A DNA stretch of 63,617 bases, counting the filler, from Reticulomyxa filosa (Eukaryota; Protista; Foraminifera): NCBI GenBank assembly GCA_000512085.1. It is 17 parts of 17 records of this genome, joined end to end, with 100 filler letters (N's around TTAATTAATTAA, not from the genome) between each part and the next. Parts side by side here need not be neighbours in the genome. Positions count along the whole stretch, not along the records: positions 51,769 to 54,704 come from ASPP01022405.1; positions 54,805 to 63,617 come from ASPP01003849.1; 15 more parts are not named here. One strand, 5' to 3'. Below the pieces are notes generated by a model that saw only the letters and a program-made list of their open reading frames with translations, did not search any database and had not been told where the DNA came from. This document shows positions 51,826 through 63,617 of the stretch, one piece after another. Every line of letters begins with the position of its first letter. Positions within the stretch are counted from its first letter, which is position 1. A program made the translations under genes and the position numbers.

Positions 51826-52673
51826 TTTTTTGTTCCTTTTATTTTTTCGTTATTTTTTGATTTTAAATTTAGTAGTTGGTCATAAAACTCATTTTATTCA
51901 TTTGAGTTTGTGTGAAACATCAGACTCTATTTTGTTGATATTGAATAATCGATCGTGAAAAATAATTCCATTAAATGTGAACATTTATGCTTTCTTTTGC
52001 GTGTAATCGTTCTACTGTTGATGATGCTAAGATTAGCTTTTTTTCTGTGTCATGATGTATCCCATACAGCTTGTGAGTCATTACTAAAACAAAAAACTTG
52101 TTGGAATGTTGAAAAAGAAAAGTTTAGATTGAAAATTTTGACCTTAACTAGATCAAGTTCAACATTGAAACTACCCACTTCCAATCATTTTTGAAATTTT
52201 TTTTTTCAAACAACATTTCTAAATTTTTGTTTATTGTTTTTACAAACTACTTATAAAAGTGTAAACTTATATACAGTAAACCAGTAAAAAAATCACAATT
52301 TTCGACTAAAATTTTGGTTAGAAACACAAAAAGTTCATATTTTATGGTTGGCTAATTTTTTTGTAGCAATTGTATAAAATAAAAGTTGATTGAAGAAACA
52401 ATATTTAATCTAATTTTTTTTCCGTTTATTATCGCTAATGCTTGAGCAAAGATAGAAAAAAGGAATTTTTAAATTACAAGCCGAAAAATTAGCATATTCG
52501 TTTCCATCGCGAAATCTTGTTATTTTTTGAAAAAATTGTTGCAAAATAAAGTTACAATTTCAAAATTTTTTAAGTGATATCTACACATTCTGGAGATCCA
52601 ACAAAAAAGACTATGAAAACAATAAAACAATCTATTAAAATATTTCCATTTTTAACTTTATATATAATTTTTG

Positions 52674-53826
52674 TCATTTCCATATTCGAATAGTATTATC
52701 CCAAGAGCCAGATACAATCGTATTACCATCTGGAGATATATCTATACATACCACTCGATCAGAATGTCCTTCTAGTCTGTTAATTTCTTCTCCTGATTCC
52801 ACATCCCACAAGCGAATCGTGTTATCATCAGAACAAGACAAAATAATTTGACCATCCGGAAAATATTTCACATCGTTCACAAAGTCTACATGTCCTTTCA
52901 ATAATTGTACTTGTTTTCCTGTTTCTATATCCCATATCCGAATTGTTTTATCCAATGAGCATGATACAATAAATTTACCATTCGGAGAAAATATTGCACG
53001 TACTATAGACTGAGAATGTCCGTTCAATTGTTTCAATTTTTGGCCTGATTTTACATTCCATAAAATAATTGTTTTATCACAAGATGCGGAAACAATTATT
53101 TGACCATCTGGTGAATATTGTACACTTCGTACTTCATCTGAATGTCCTTCCAGTTTTTGAATTCCTCTTCCAGAATTTACATCCCATAGTCGTATTGTCT
53201 TATCAGTTGAACATGATATAATATTTTTACTGTCTGGAGAAAAAGTTGCATCCCATAATTCTTCACGTTCTTGCAATCTCAGTGTTTCTTTTCCTGTTCC
53301 TACATTCCATAGTCGAATCGTTTTATCATATGAGCATGAGACAATATGATTTCCATCTGGTGAAAATGTTGCAGTAGCGCCACTAGAATGTTCTCTGAAA
53401 GTTCGAATTTTTTCCCATGACGAAGTATTCCATATTTGAATTATTTTATTTTCTGATGCCGAAACAATCTTGCTACCATCTGGTGAAAATCTTACACTGG
53501 TTATCTCTTGTTGTTTTCCTTTTAAAATTCTCATCAATTGAAAAGATTTAGCCTATATTTTTAAAAAATAAACATTGTACTTAAATAAAGTACAAAAAAA
53601 TATTGTAACATATTTTCCAATAATTTTGTCAAAATCGTTGATCCATCCTAAGCTCACGTTCATAATTCGAAGCCAATTTTTGATTATTAAATCTGCTTGT
53701 TTTTCAGACTGTTTGTTGTTAAATTATTTACGTTGATTACAACGATAACCAGTCGGTTGTCAAACATGATAAAAATCCTACCAGTTGTGGTCTCATAATC
53801 TTTTTTTCGTTGACAATATTAATCAT
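52674..53826 (-). CDS. WD40-repeat protein, paralog of 2271-3441, 3 exons
   Basis: ORF 52674-53537 WD repeats; upstream exons MINIVNEKKIMRPQL and SEKQADLIIKNWLRIMNVSLGWINDFDKIIGKY, with the same intron positions as the paralog. Confidence 0.92.
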
Positions 53827-54832
53827 TTCTGTTGTTGTGTTTGCTCTGCACAAAAAAAGTCAATCCTAGACTTTTTCAAGAACAAGTTTTTAAATTGTGC
53901 TTCTTTTTAAACTACAGCCTTTTTTTGATCGTCCAGCCAAAGGTTTATCATGTTCGACCCCTGTGGCGATCATTTGAATTTTTTGATTTTTAAAGCTTGT
54001 TTAATTCAAACGAAAATGTTTTATTAACACATCCAAATGTTTCAAATCATAAAAAATTACAAAAATGTAAAGAAGCACATAATTTTACCAGAGACGCAAA
54101 GTTATTCCATATTAAGTGGTAATGTACTCGAATGTGAAGTGCAAAATCGGTATATGAATACAAAAATAAGATCTGGTGATTAGAGCAGATGTTTCAACAG
54201 ATGATAATCTGATTGTATCGGACTCTATGCATATTAACATAAACAAAGTACTTGATTAGTTTTAAACTCTGGCTCTGATATTACCTTATCAATATATTTA
54301 CAATAGAAAGAGAAAAAAGTGGTGCAAATCGCCATGTTTTCAATAAGTTGTGACATCAATATTTCGCGTCGAATCAAATGCATGCATATTTTTTTATAAT
54401 GGCATGTACTGTTTAGTTTTTTTCTCAATTTCATTTCCTCCTATTGTCCTCTAGTCACAATCGAGCAACCGAGCAAACAAGTTTCGCAGTACAAACGTTG
54501 TGAAAGAAAAAGTATATGAAACGTTGCAATAATCAACTCAAAGTTGTGGTTACGTTTTTTTTTTTTTTTTAATAACATTGAATGCTTAACACGGACAAAC
54601 TGAAGGAAAAAACAAATAAAAAAAACACAAAATAAACCAAAATTCGCACTAACATTTGGAAAAAGAGTATTATTTTTTTCTTCCACTTCTTTTTTTTTTT
54701 TTTTNNNNNNNNNNNNNNNNNNNNNNNNNNNNNNNNNNNNNNNNNNNNTTAATTAATTAANNNNNNNNNNNNNNNNNNNNNNNNNNNNNNNNNNNNNNNN
54801 NNNNAAAAAAAAAAAAAAATAATAATAATTAA

Positions 54833-55475
54833 GATTTGTTACGCTTGGGCACAATTGAATTGCGACAAAGAAATTATAAATACCTTGAAAGAGAGGATTG
54901 ACTCCGTTTTTCGTACGTCTGTCCTGCCATTGCAAAGATTTGTAAATGCAGGTTTGTATACTGGAATATGTTTGAAAAACAATGCACGGAGTAATGTACT
55001 GTTGTAAATAGACGAACAAGTAGAAATCGATGCGGTTGATATCCAACGTGGCATTGAGCAAAGGGATTGGGGGATACAGAATTTAGGATTTATATTGAAA
55101 GACATTCGTACTCAACAAAAAAAAGCAAGAAATAATGTAATGGGCGCTGCAGCGTTGACTGTTGGTGCACTCGGTATGTTTGTCCAATTTGTGCAAGATT
55201 CAAGTTCTGTGACGATTTGTGCTTGGACAGCGATGAGCGCTTTTTCACTATTCGTTTTTACCAGTTCTATTGGATTGGTATCGACTGGCTTGCTGGTTGC
55301 TCACGGAGGGGCTTTGGTGGTTTCTGTTGGAGAATTAATCACTGCTGGGATATTGTGTAAAAGCGCACTTGAAGATAGAAAGCTGCTCAAATCCTTGGCA
55401 GACGTAGCCAATCATTGCCTACAGCGATTGGAAAGCATTGAAATTCTATCCTTAGAGGCCCTTGAGCAAAATTGA
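54833..55475 (+). pseudogene. Membrane protein with a Gly/Ala-rich hydrophobic region; one in-frame TAA (possible pseudogene)
   Basis: The frame of ORF 55095-55475 extends upstream to about 54833, interrupted only by TAA at 55005-55007. Confidence 0.4.
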
Positions 55476-56306
55476 CAATGTGATACAAATAGTTTTTTCT
55501 CATTGTTTTAAAAAAATGATTGTATAAGACGACTGTTGTTTATTTCTTAGTGGTTAAAAAACTGTATTTTTAAAATGTTTATTTCTCTTTCTACTACGTA
55601 CTTTGCGATTACAAAAATTGTGCAAGAATAATTTACGTGACATAATGCGATTATTCTTTTCGTACCGATAGTCATCCGGTCAATAGCCAAGAAAAAAAAG
55701 TACTTTACAGTTTTTATTAGGTAAAATGTGCTATGTTCTGAAGGTAATCGATTGACAAATACGTCAACGAAGATAAAGGATAGAAGGTATCACAAAGGAA
55801 AAAGATAAAAAGAAGATATATTTTAAGATTCCTGCACAAAAATAATTTTGCATCTCTTGATTGTGTTGGCATATTTAGCACCTTTTTGTTGTTGGAAATA
55901 ATAAAACTTTGACACTCAAAATATAGCGCTGATACATCTTTGATCATTATTTATGTTTGAAAGCGACACGTGTATTGTGTATTCTGTTGAAACAGTTTAA
56001 CAAGAAGAAAATAAACTTTGCCTAATTTAATATTTTAAAAAAGGAAAGATTTCAAATGTGCAATATTCATTACATTTACTTCTAAAATAAAACAAAAGAA
56101 CATATTTCATAGAAAGTATTTAAGTACAAAAAAATAGACAATGATTTACTCTAACTTGCTTAAATATTTCTTATTATATTAAAAAAATGTGACTGCACTT
56201 AGAATTTGTATTGTTTTGCAGTCATTTAATGTTTACGCTTTGGCTGAAGTACTCTGACTCTTTTTTTTTAGGATCCGTGTCTACATTATCTTATATTTAG
56301 ACAAAT

Positions 56307-57154
56307 ATGGAAGGTGAATTAAAAGATGGGGAAGGTGAAAAAGATGTATTTGTATTGGCCAGTGATTTAGAAGATCGATATGGGCCTCTAATAATTGAAC
56401 CTGGCTCTGAGGACGTAATGAGCAATCCTCAAGAGTATGTCGATGCGATCAAAAAGGTTGACAAAAATGACCCGGCACAAGATCAAAGGGAAATAGATAA
56501 TGGATGGATGGAAATCCCTGTTTCATCATTCTTGAATTTGTCAAACTTTCACAGTATTGACAATCAAAATATAATAATAAACAAAAAAGGGAATGAAATG
56601 ATGAGGTGAGTCTTAAAAAGAAAAAAAATCCGATTCAATTCAAGCAACAAGATGTTTTGTTGTGGTTCAGTCAGCCAAAGCAGAATGAGCAATTGTTGGG
56701 AGGGCTAAGTAACAAAAACGTAATTCGGGGAATTGCAGCGGAGGAATTTGCAAATAATGAACTAAACAAAGAAGGAGCACAAAGAAAAAAAGATACTTGG
56801 GCACAAATGCTAAAATTGAAAAAAAATAACGATGACGATGTTCAACCTGGCGCAATGATAATTAAAAAATCTATTCCTGTAGTCGGTGTTGTCCACCAAG
56901 AAGCGGGTGAAGAAGGGTTGCAACAGAGACCTAAGGGTATGTTGTTTTGTTCATTTGTGTTTGAAACCAAACGTTAATTCTTTACCAAACAAATAGATCT
57001 ATCCGAAGAGGACACAGATAGTTTTGAACCACATTCTCTTCCTGAGGCAGATCCAAGAACTGAAAAAGGAGACTTAGGAAGACATTTGAGGAGAACAGGA
57101 AAAAAACGCACGCGAGTAAAACACGCAACACGAAAAGCGTTTCAAAAGTATTGA
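56307..57154 (+). CDS. Hypothetical hydrophilic protein, probably multi-exon
   Basis: ORFs 56307-56609 and 56606-56977, plus a final exon after an AG near 56997 (DLSEEDTDSFEP...). No family recognised. Confidence 0.45.
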
Positions 57155-57755
57155 AATTTTATATCAATATTATTTTTGGCTGTGTGGTACAACCATTTCA
57201 AGAAATCATTTTCTTTTACTTTGAATGTCTCAATTTTGTGAATGAAAATATTTTTTCGCACATGTCTCATCTTAATGGCTTGTTCCAATTTTCTTTTGAT
57301 GGGGATAGACAGCGATTCTTAAATTCTACTTGGTCATTAAATAAATCTTTGCTAGAAATAATTTCGATATTACCAATAGCCAAAGTCGTAGATTGAATAA
57401 CGAAAATATGCCTTCTCAACATGAAACCTGCTATACGCGTGCAGTTGTTACTTTTTCAAAACGATATGTCTCAATTTTACAGTGACATAAATTTACATAA
57501 ATGAAAAATTTAATCAAAATGGACAAGGGAAAAGTAAATCAATTCTTTGTTTGCCATTGACTTTGTTTGATATATTTACGATATTTTGAGAAAAGTTAAA
57601 AAATTATCTATTTGAATAGTATTTAAATCATATTCCAACAGAGGTATGATTTTATCTCGGAAACCAGACATCGAAGTGCAAACATTTTTAGACCTTCAAC
57701 AACACCAACAAGGAAAAAAACATGGACATGAGCGAAAGCATGTGAAGTGAAAAAG

Positions 57756-60700
57756 TTAAACAAAATAGTCTTTGCGATCGATAGCAGTATTGATTCCCGG
57801 GCATTTTTCAAATAAATAATCGAGAATGAAATCAGTACTCATGATTTCATCATGCTGATGAGATTTACAATATTTGATAAGTGCTGCTTGTAATTTTTTT
57901 AGTATCAATCCAAAGTGTTGTTTAATCTCTGTTGAGTCCTCTGCTGTGCAATAGTCCATCACAGGGTTGGTTTCCAATTCCTCATCATTGGACAAAAAAA
58001 TATCGTCAATCTTGTATTCGATTGATGAAAATATCTCGTGACACACACGTACCATCTGTTCCATGTATTTTTTCTTAAGTTGTTTCAATTCGTCATTCGG
58101 TATTTTGTTTGCCACTGACTTGCTTCTCAAGTCTGTCATGATTTGGCCCATCATTTCATAATGTGGTATAAAATACGGACTTGCTCCACAGCCTTCGAGC
58201 ATGTGTTGATAAATACGATATTTTTGGTTCGGACACCAAATTATGTAATGTTTGCCGTTCAAAGCATTGACATGATCTTTCCAATAACGAATAGCAAGGA
58301 ATACTTCCATTTCTGATTGCAAAGATGGAGCCATATTTTGGCCTTGATTCTTGGTGAACTCTGTAATTTTTGACATTAGCCGCTCATCGTTCATCCAAGC
58401 AAATTGTTCTACAGGTAATATACAATTGCGTTGAATGGAAAGATCCAACCATTCCAATTTTACCACCCACGCTCCGGTGATGCTCGCGTAGAGTACTTTT
58501 TCGCTGCGACACAACTTAGGTGCAATTAAGTGAGTTATGCTGTGTTGTGTGTTTGACAAATATGAAATCGTGTCAGAACAAAACAAACAGCAGCGAAAAA
58601 GACGGAAATTACCTTTTTTGTTTGACATCTGCTGTATACTTTTGATAAAAATCAGCGTCTTTTGGCAATACTTTTCCTCCCATTTTATTGATAACTACAA
58701 GCAATTAAAACACAAAGCAAATGCTGTTTGCTACATTTTTTACCTTTTGTTTGTTTTAAGAAAGCACTTAAACAGTTTTCATATTGTTTGAGCTTCTCTG
58801 TGTCGATTGTGCCACTAAACACGACCTTTAGCTCGTGACGTTCCACTTGAACGGCGTCATTCCTGACGACTGTCGTGACGTCTGCGGAGGTTGTAGTGGT
58901 TGGTACATTCACTTTTCTCTTTTTATTGTAATTTCCGGCGGAGAGAGAATTTAGATTGGCCAAAAAAGTATTATATTTTGGATCTTGTTGGATTTGATTT
59001 GAAGTATTGATGGATTTGTTCAAGGAAGTGTTTGCTTCCATTGCAAAATGTTCCACAATGTCGTCGTTGTCACTTGCTTTACGTCTTCGAGGATTCCCTG
59101 CTCCAATATCAATACTTAGTACTTGTCGCAGTTCAAACGGCGTAATAACGATCAAGTCACGATTTTGTTTTTTCTTATCGCTTCGATTTCTTTTTGATTT
59201 ATTGTCAATGGCTCATCACATATGTAATGTGTCACATTGTGATCCAAAACGCCGGATTGACGCATGCCCCTTCGCAGTAGTTCAGTCAATAGCAAAAGAT
59301 TATTTTTTTGTACCTTTATTTATGTTAATATGCATTTGTTACATTGTACGTTGGACCAGAACAGAAAGAAAGACTGACACAAATGTGTACCTTGGGATGA
59401 GCAAAGAAGACAACGGCATTGCACTTTGTCAATATTTGTCGATGTTGCTCGATGGACATGGCCTTTGGCTGATTCAACGAAGCTAATGGGGGAGATGGAG
59501 GTGGAGCTGGAAAGTTGGCATTTAACTTGAAACCAGATTGGTGTTGAAACGGCTTTTGAGTCGTGGATATGATGCTATGATTAACGGAATGGGAATGGCT
59601 GTTTTTGCCCATTATTTGGGAGTCGAGTTTACTCAGCTGATAAGAATGATAATCCAAGTTTTCATTTGCAATGATGCATTCCACAATCCACGTGTGAGTC
59701 ACCACAGCGACACCTCGAGAAATTGCGGCCTCATATTTGTCGCCTTGGCTATGTTTACAAATTAATACATGACACTCGTGACATTTGAGTGATTTTTGAT
59801 ACACGGCACACGTTGCTGTAAGCAACTCAATTAAGGCAGTTCGCTCTTCTGCTTTATATTGTGATACCGACATTACGTAGTCTTGGAATAGATCCAATTT
59901 TGTCAGCGGCTGTAGTCTTGGATAATGTAAGAGATCGCATTCCACACTTTCCAAATGTCCATGTTTCAAACACGAATACAAATAATGAATTGACACCACA
60001 TTGACGCGATTGGAACGATATCTTTGTATTGCTTTGTGTTTGTTTGATTGTTTGTTTGTGTGCTTGTTGTGCGTATTGTATTGATATTTAATTGAATGGA
60101 AAGAAAAGTAAATGTGTTGCATATTTTTGTACGTGACATTACCAGTGGGTTCGATGGAAAGAAGGACAACAAACTGCGTGTCTTGACCGGATATGACGAC
60201 TCCATTTCCCCAACGAATCATATCCTTTACAGTAATCTTGCAAAAGAAAAAGACGAACAACAATGACGTATATAATAAGTTTTGGGAAAGAGCATGTGAG
60301 AAGAACGTACCTGATCACGAGGAGGGAGGGAGTCGATATTGAAGGTACATCCAGTAAACACATGATTATTCGTCACTTCCACTTGGGTTAGTGTCAAACA
60401 TTTTTGAATCAATTTTGTGATCTCGTCGTTGTTTTTTTCTGTTGTGTCTGCGCCAACGCTTTTGTACTGGGATGCAAACACCGTGCCATTTTTGTTTAAT
60501 GATCTCCTTTCAGGGCTCGTTGTCATCAAATAACTGACAAATCACACGCAAAATGTAATGCATATAAAAAAAAAGGGGTCATTTCAAAAAAAGAAGGCCT
60601 CAACTCCTTTGTGTCCACGACTTGTTGCAACTGACAACATTTGGTTAGCCAAGCAAAGGACACAATTGGTGTTCGAAATGAGATATTTGGGTATGATTTC

Positions 60701-62232
60701 TGTGCAAATGGTGTGATTGTGTATTGTGGAGAGATTATTTATATGTGTGTGGTGTTAGAGCAACTGCCAGCTGTTGGACGCTTGAAGTAATGATATGAGT
60801 AACCCCTTCGTGCCAATACCGCGATCGCGTGCCTCCGCTTTGATCGATCAGATACATCGCCTTTGCAATACAGTGGCATGCACAAAGCACTGAACAAACG
60901 CATCAAACAAACAGAAACATCAAAGCCTAACTACACCTGCTGTTCTAACGACGACTCCAAACCTAACAATGCAATGACACAAGAGCCCCAAAACGACACA
61001 TGTTTGAAGGTATTCAAAAGATCGATTGGGTCTTGCACTTGTTCCTGCGCTTCAATGAGACGAGACTCTTTGGGATGACGAGATTGTTGGAGCTGAGGTT
61101 GAGGTTGAGGTTGAGGGTGAGGTTGAGGTTGATGCTGAGACTGAAGTTGTAGGTGAGAACGAAGGGCAGTGGTGACTTGTGACGATGAATGAATATCAGT
61201 CACAGCTTCGTTCAGCTCTCTTTCGGAGAAATAATAATTGTGCTCGTCTACTGCGCCATAAGAAGTAATAGTGTCATAAAACCATTGCTTTTTCAATATT
61301 TTGATTCCCCATTTGCGTGCGTAAAACACTTTATCACTAGTCAATGTCTACCCTCCAATTCCCAAACAAACACAATCATTTAATTTGTATTTGTGTTTCT
61401 TTGTCCTTTCACACTATACCTCTGCGATCAAATGGGTGCAAGTGTTTGACAATCCACTGACGTAGGTGCCTCCCAATGATGCTATCTTATCTTTCATTTC
61501 ATTTCTCTCCCCTTTTTTTTGTTCATTGTTTTTTTTTTTTTTTTTATACAATTAAAGAATCAAAACACTCGCAAGGTCGCATGCAACCGAAAAACACACA
61601 AAAGACAAACCCACTGTAATTCCGGTGACGCTAATACAACAGTCGGTAAAAATAGGCAAGGGATACTTCGATTCCGGCTGTTTAATGCCAAACAAGAGAC
61701 AATCCCATAACCAATTGACGGACACAATGTTTATTGCATACTGGACAGCTGCTTTGTGCTTTTCATTTTGAGACCTGCCAGGCTGCAACTCAATCAGGTG
61801 TGTCACTTTGGAGGTAAAATTTCCATCAAATTGTGCACCAAGGAAGACACACAAATATCTGATCAATTTTTTGGTTGCACCTTGAATTTGTGATGTGCAT
61901 ATTGTACAATCTTTTAGTACTTGCCTCAATTGGCTCAACATAATATCCAATGAAACATTTTTGCTTCTACTATTGCAACAATTTTGCCACGACAAAAGAT
62001 AGGGAACCCCAATTAAAAAGTGAGACGCATCCGACGCATCAAACAGAGAAAAATAACAATTCATAAAGAATTCGATCTCTTCGTGAGAGTTAGCCAGCAC
62101 CACGCACCGGTGCTTCGCGGCGCCGGGAACCTGCAGCAAAAAATTATCATCCACGTCTGCCATGCTTCTCAAAAATCGTAGTAACTGTGGATATTCATTC
62201 CTTATGGAGTAGGGAACTACAACTGATGTCAT
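57756..62232 (-). CDS. Multi-BRCT protein, TopBP1/Rad4/Cut5-like, multi-exon
   Basis: Repeated BRCT motifs: LGAQFDGNFTSKVTHLI...VSVNWLWDC; GGTYVSGLSNTCTHLIA; KYEAAISRGVAVVTHTWIVEC; THLIAPKLCRSEKVLYASITGAWVVKLEWL (BRCT7-like). One apparent frameshift at 59168-59173. Confidence 0.85.
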
Positions 62233-62863
62233 GTATAGTTTCTAAATTAACAAGAGAAGGGATTTTCCCTTGAGCCAGTTCTTTTTTGGTGTTTCGGTGA
62301 CATTTTACCTGTTAAAATCTTAATTGGTAATCTCTAACATAGTGAAAAAATATTTTATAAAGGACGTAACTATTTATCATTTTATTAATTCAATACATTT
62401 CTTTTACTTATTTTATGCTTACGAACTTGTGTTTAAGAATATTAATTAATATAATGCAAAAGAAAGTTGATATCTAAAACGACAACTTATAGAGATGATT
62501 GATTTTCTTAATAAAGAAACAATATTAAATTTTTTAAAAATATCTATGAATCTTGTAGTTTTTAAATATGATTTTGATTTTAGTTTTTTAAATCTTTACT
62601 AACTGTTTCAAAAATTTGAATATTTTATTGATTTTTCAAAATTTTGGAGAAAAGTTCAATCGTGATTGTATCGCAACATGAACGAAAATTTGTTAAAAAA
62701 TGCGTTAAAAATAACCATTAAGAGTTAAAAAAAACGAAGTAAGTAATTTTATGTTAAGAATAAATACAATCAGAAAAATATGATCTTTGGATGTTATATA
62801 AATAATCATTCAATCCAACCTTGTCAGTGACCAACAGATAGACGATCTTACAAGCAGATTTTG

Positions 62864-63310
62864 TCATTTTTGTTTTGATCCATAATGCTTTGCAAGTCGT
62901 TGTTCATGATATTTCTTTTGCTCAATTTTGTCGTATTGCAGATAATTGTCTTTATGGCTTGCACAAACATTGTTTTGCGAGCGATTGTTCGCGCCACCAT
63001 ATATATGATCATTTCTACTAATTTGCAAGATTATATTTTCATGACACACTATCTCGCAATTGATTGTTTTTGCCACTATTCACACAACCTATATCCTTTT
63101 GTAAATAGTTGCTTATGTTGCAATGTTGATAGTTTCTTCCGCTGGCTTGCAAAATGATATCTTTGTTGCTATCCATGACATGTTGAACATGGTTGTTTAT
63201 GCCACTTTGTCTATAATATCTCCCGCTGGCTTGCAAGGCGTTGTCAGATATCATTTTGCGAGTAATTGTTGATGCCACTTTTTTTATGACCATTCCGCTG
63301 GCTTGCAGAT
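62864..63310 (-). repeat. Degenerate coding-like tandem repeat (LQASG motif, about 75-85 bp period)
   Basis: CCGCTGGCTTGCA occurs three times near 63139, 63222 and 63295, and continues in a shifted frame. Confidence 0.5.
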
Positions 63311-63617
63311 GTTATCGTTATTTGAGTAGATGCATATACCAGTTTGTACACTGCTTTCACTACTGGATGTGATATTTTACAAACATTTGTTCTTCAGCAT
63401 AAACACCATCAAATTAAGGCACGCAGTTAAAAGAAATAGTCTTTTAATTGAGGGAAGTGCTAACAAGAAGCCGTTTAGCAAGGGCTAAATAAAGGTATAG
63501 TCAGCACCATCATCTTTGTGAAGTTGTTACGGGGTTGTATATATTCCATTTACAGACGTAATCGAGCTGTTATACTCAGGTCTAGAAACACATGCTTTAG
63601 AAGAATTTCTGTTTTAT

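Noticed and set aside
53925-53975. GTTCGACCCC T-loop-like motif suggesting a tRNA
   Set aside because: No cloverleaf, D-arm or acceptor stem could be formed.
11591-54804. Recurring TTAATTAATTAA palindrome flanked by Ns, as a biological repeat or CRISPR-like array
   Set aside because: Identical 100-nt blocks with six-frame stops are an artificial scaffold spacer. Large gene parts (V-ATPase a, PDK, ABCC, GT60) are missing across them, so true gap sizes are larger.
17001-55007. In-frame TAA codons (17001, 55005) as evidence of stop-codon reassignment
   Set aside because: Conserved genes (G-alpha, PSMD9, VDAC, CEBPZ) end at TAA in the expected place, and long ORFs lack internal TAA/TAG.

Overview
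AT-rich, intron-containing eukaryotic nuclear DNA from a draft assembly. Sixteen 100-nt gap spacers (N44-TTAATTAATTAA-N44) cut the window into about 17 contigs, so many genes are truncated and adjacency across gaps is unverified. The gene families and homopolymer-rich introns most resemble the foraminiferan Reticulomyxa filosa (inference from recalled family motifs, not a search). Housekeeping genes include DCC1, TRM7/FTSJ1, a CLK/LAMMER kinase, a GT60 GlcNAc-transferase, PSMD9, PDK/BCKDK, V-ATPase subunit a, CEBPZ/Mak21, VDAC, an ABCC transporter, a TopBP1-like BRCT protein and a UBA-PTH2 fusion. These are interleaved with lineage-expanded or decaying genes: WD40 paralogs, an atypical G-alpha, and caspase-like, RING-like, Gly-rich and purple acid phosphatase pseudogenes, plus two nested non-LTR retrotransposon remnants. 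The best novelty candidate is a >1400-aa HEAT-repeat protein (7301-11590, minus strand) ending in an apparent CE-clan (Ulp/YopJ-type H-D-Q-C) cysteine protease domain, possibly part of a protist sensor-effector defence repertoire. Several otherwise intact genes each lack exactly one base at a homopolymer; this is most likely sequencing error but is testable for recoding.
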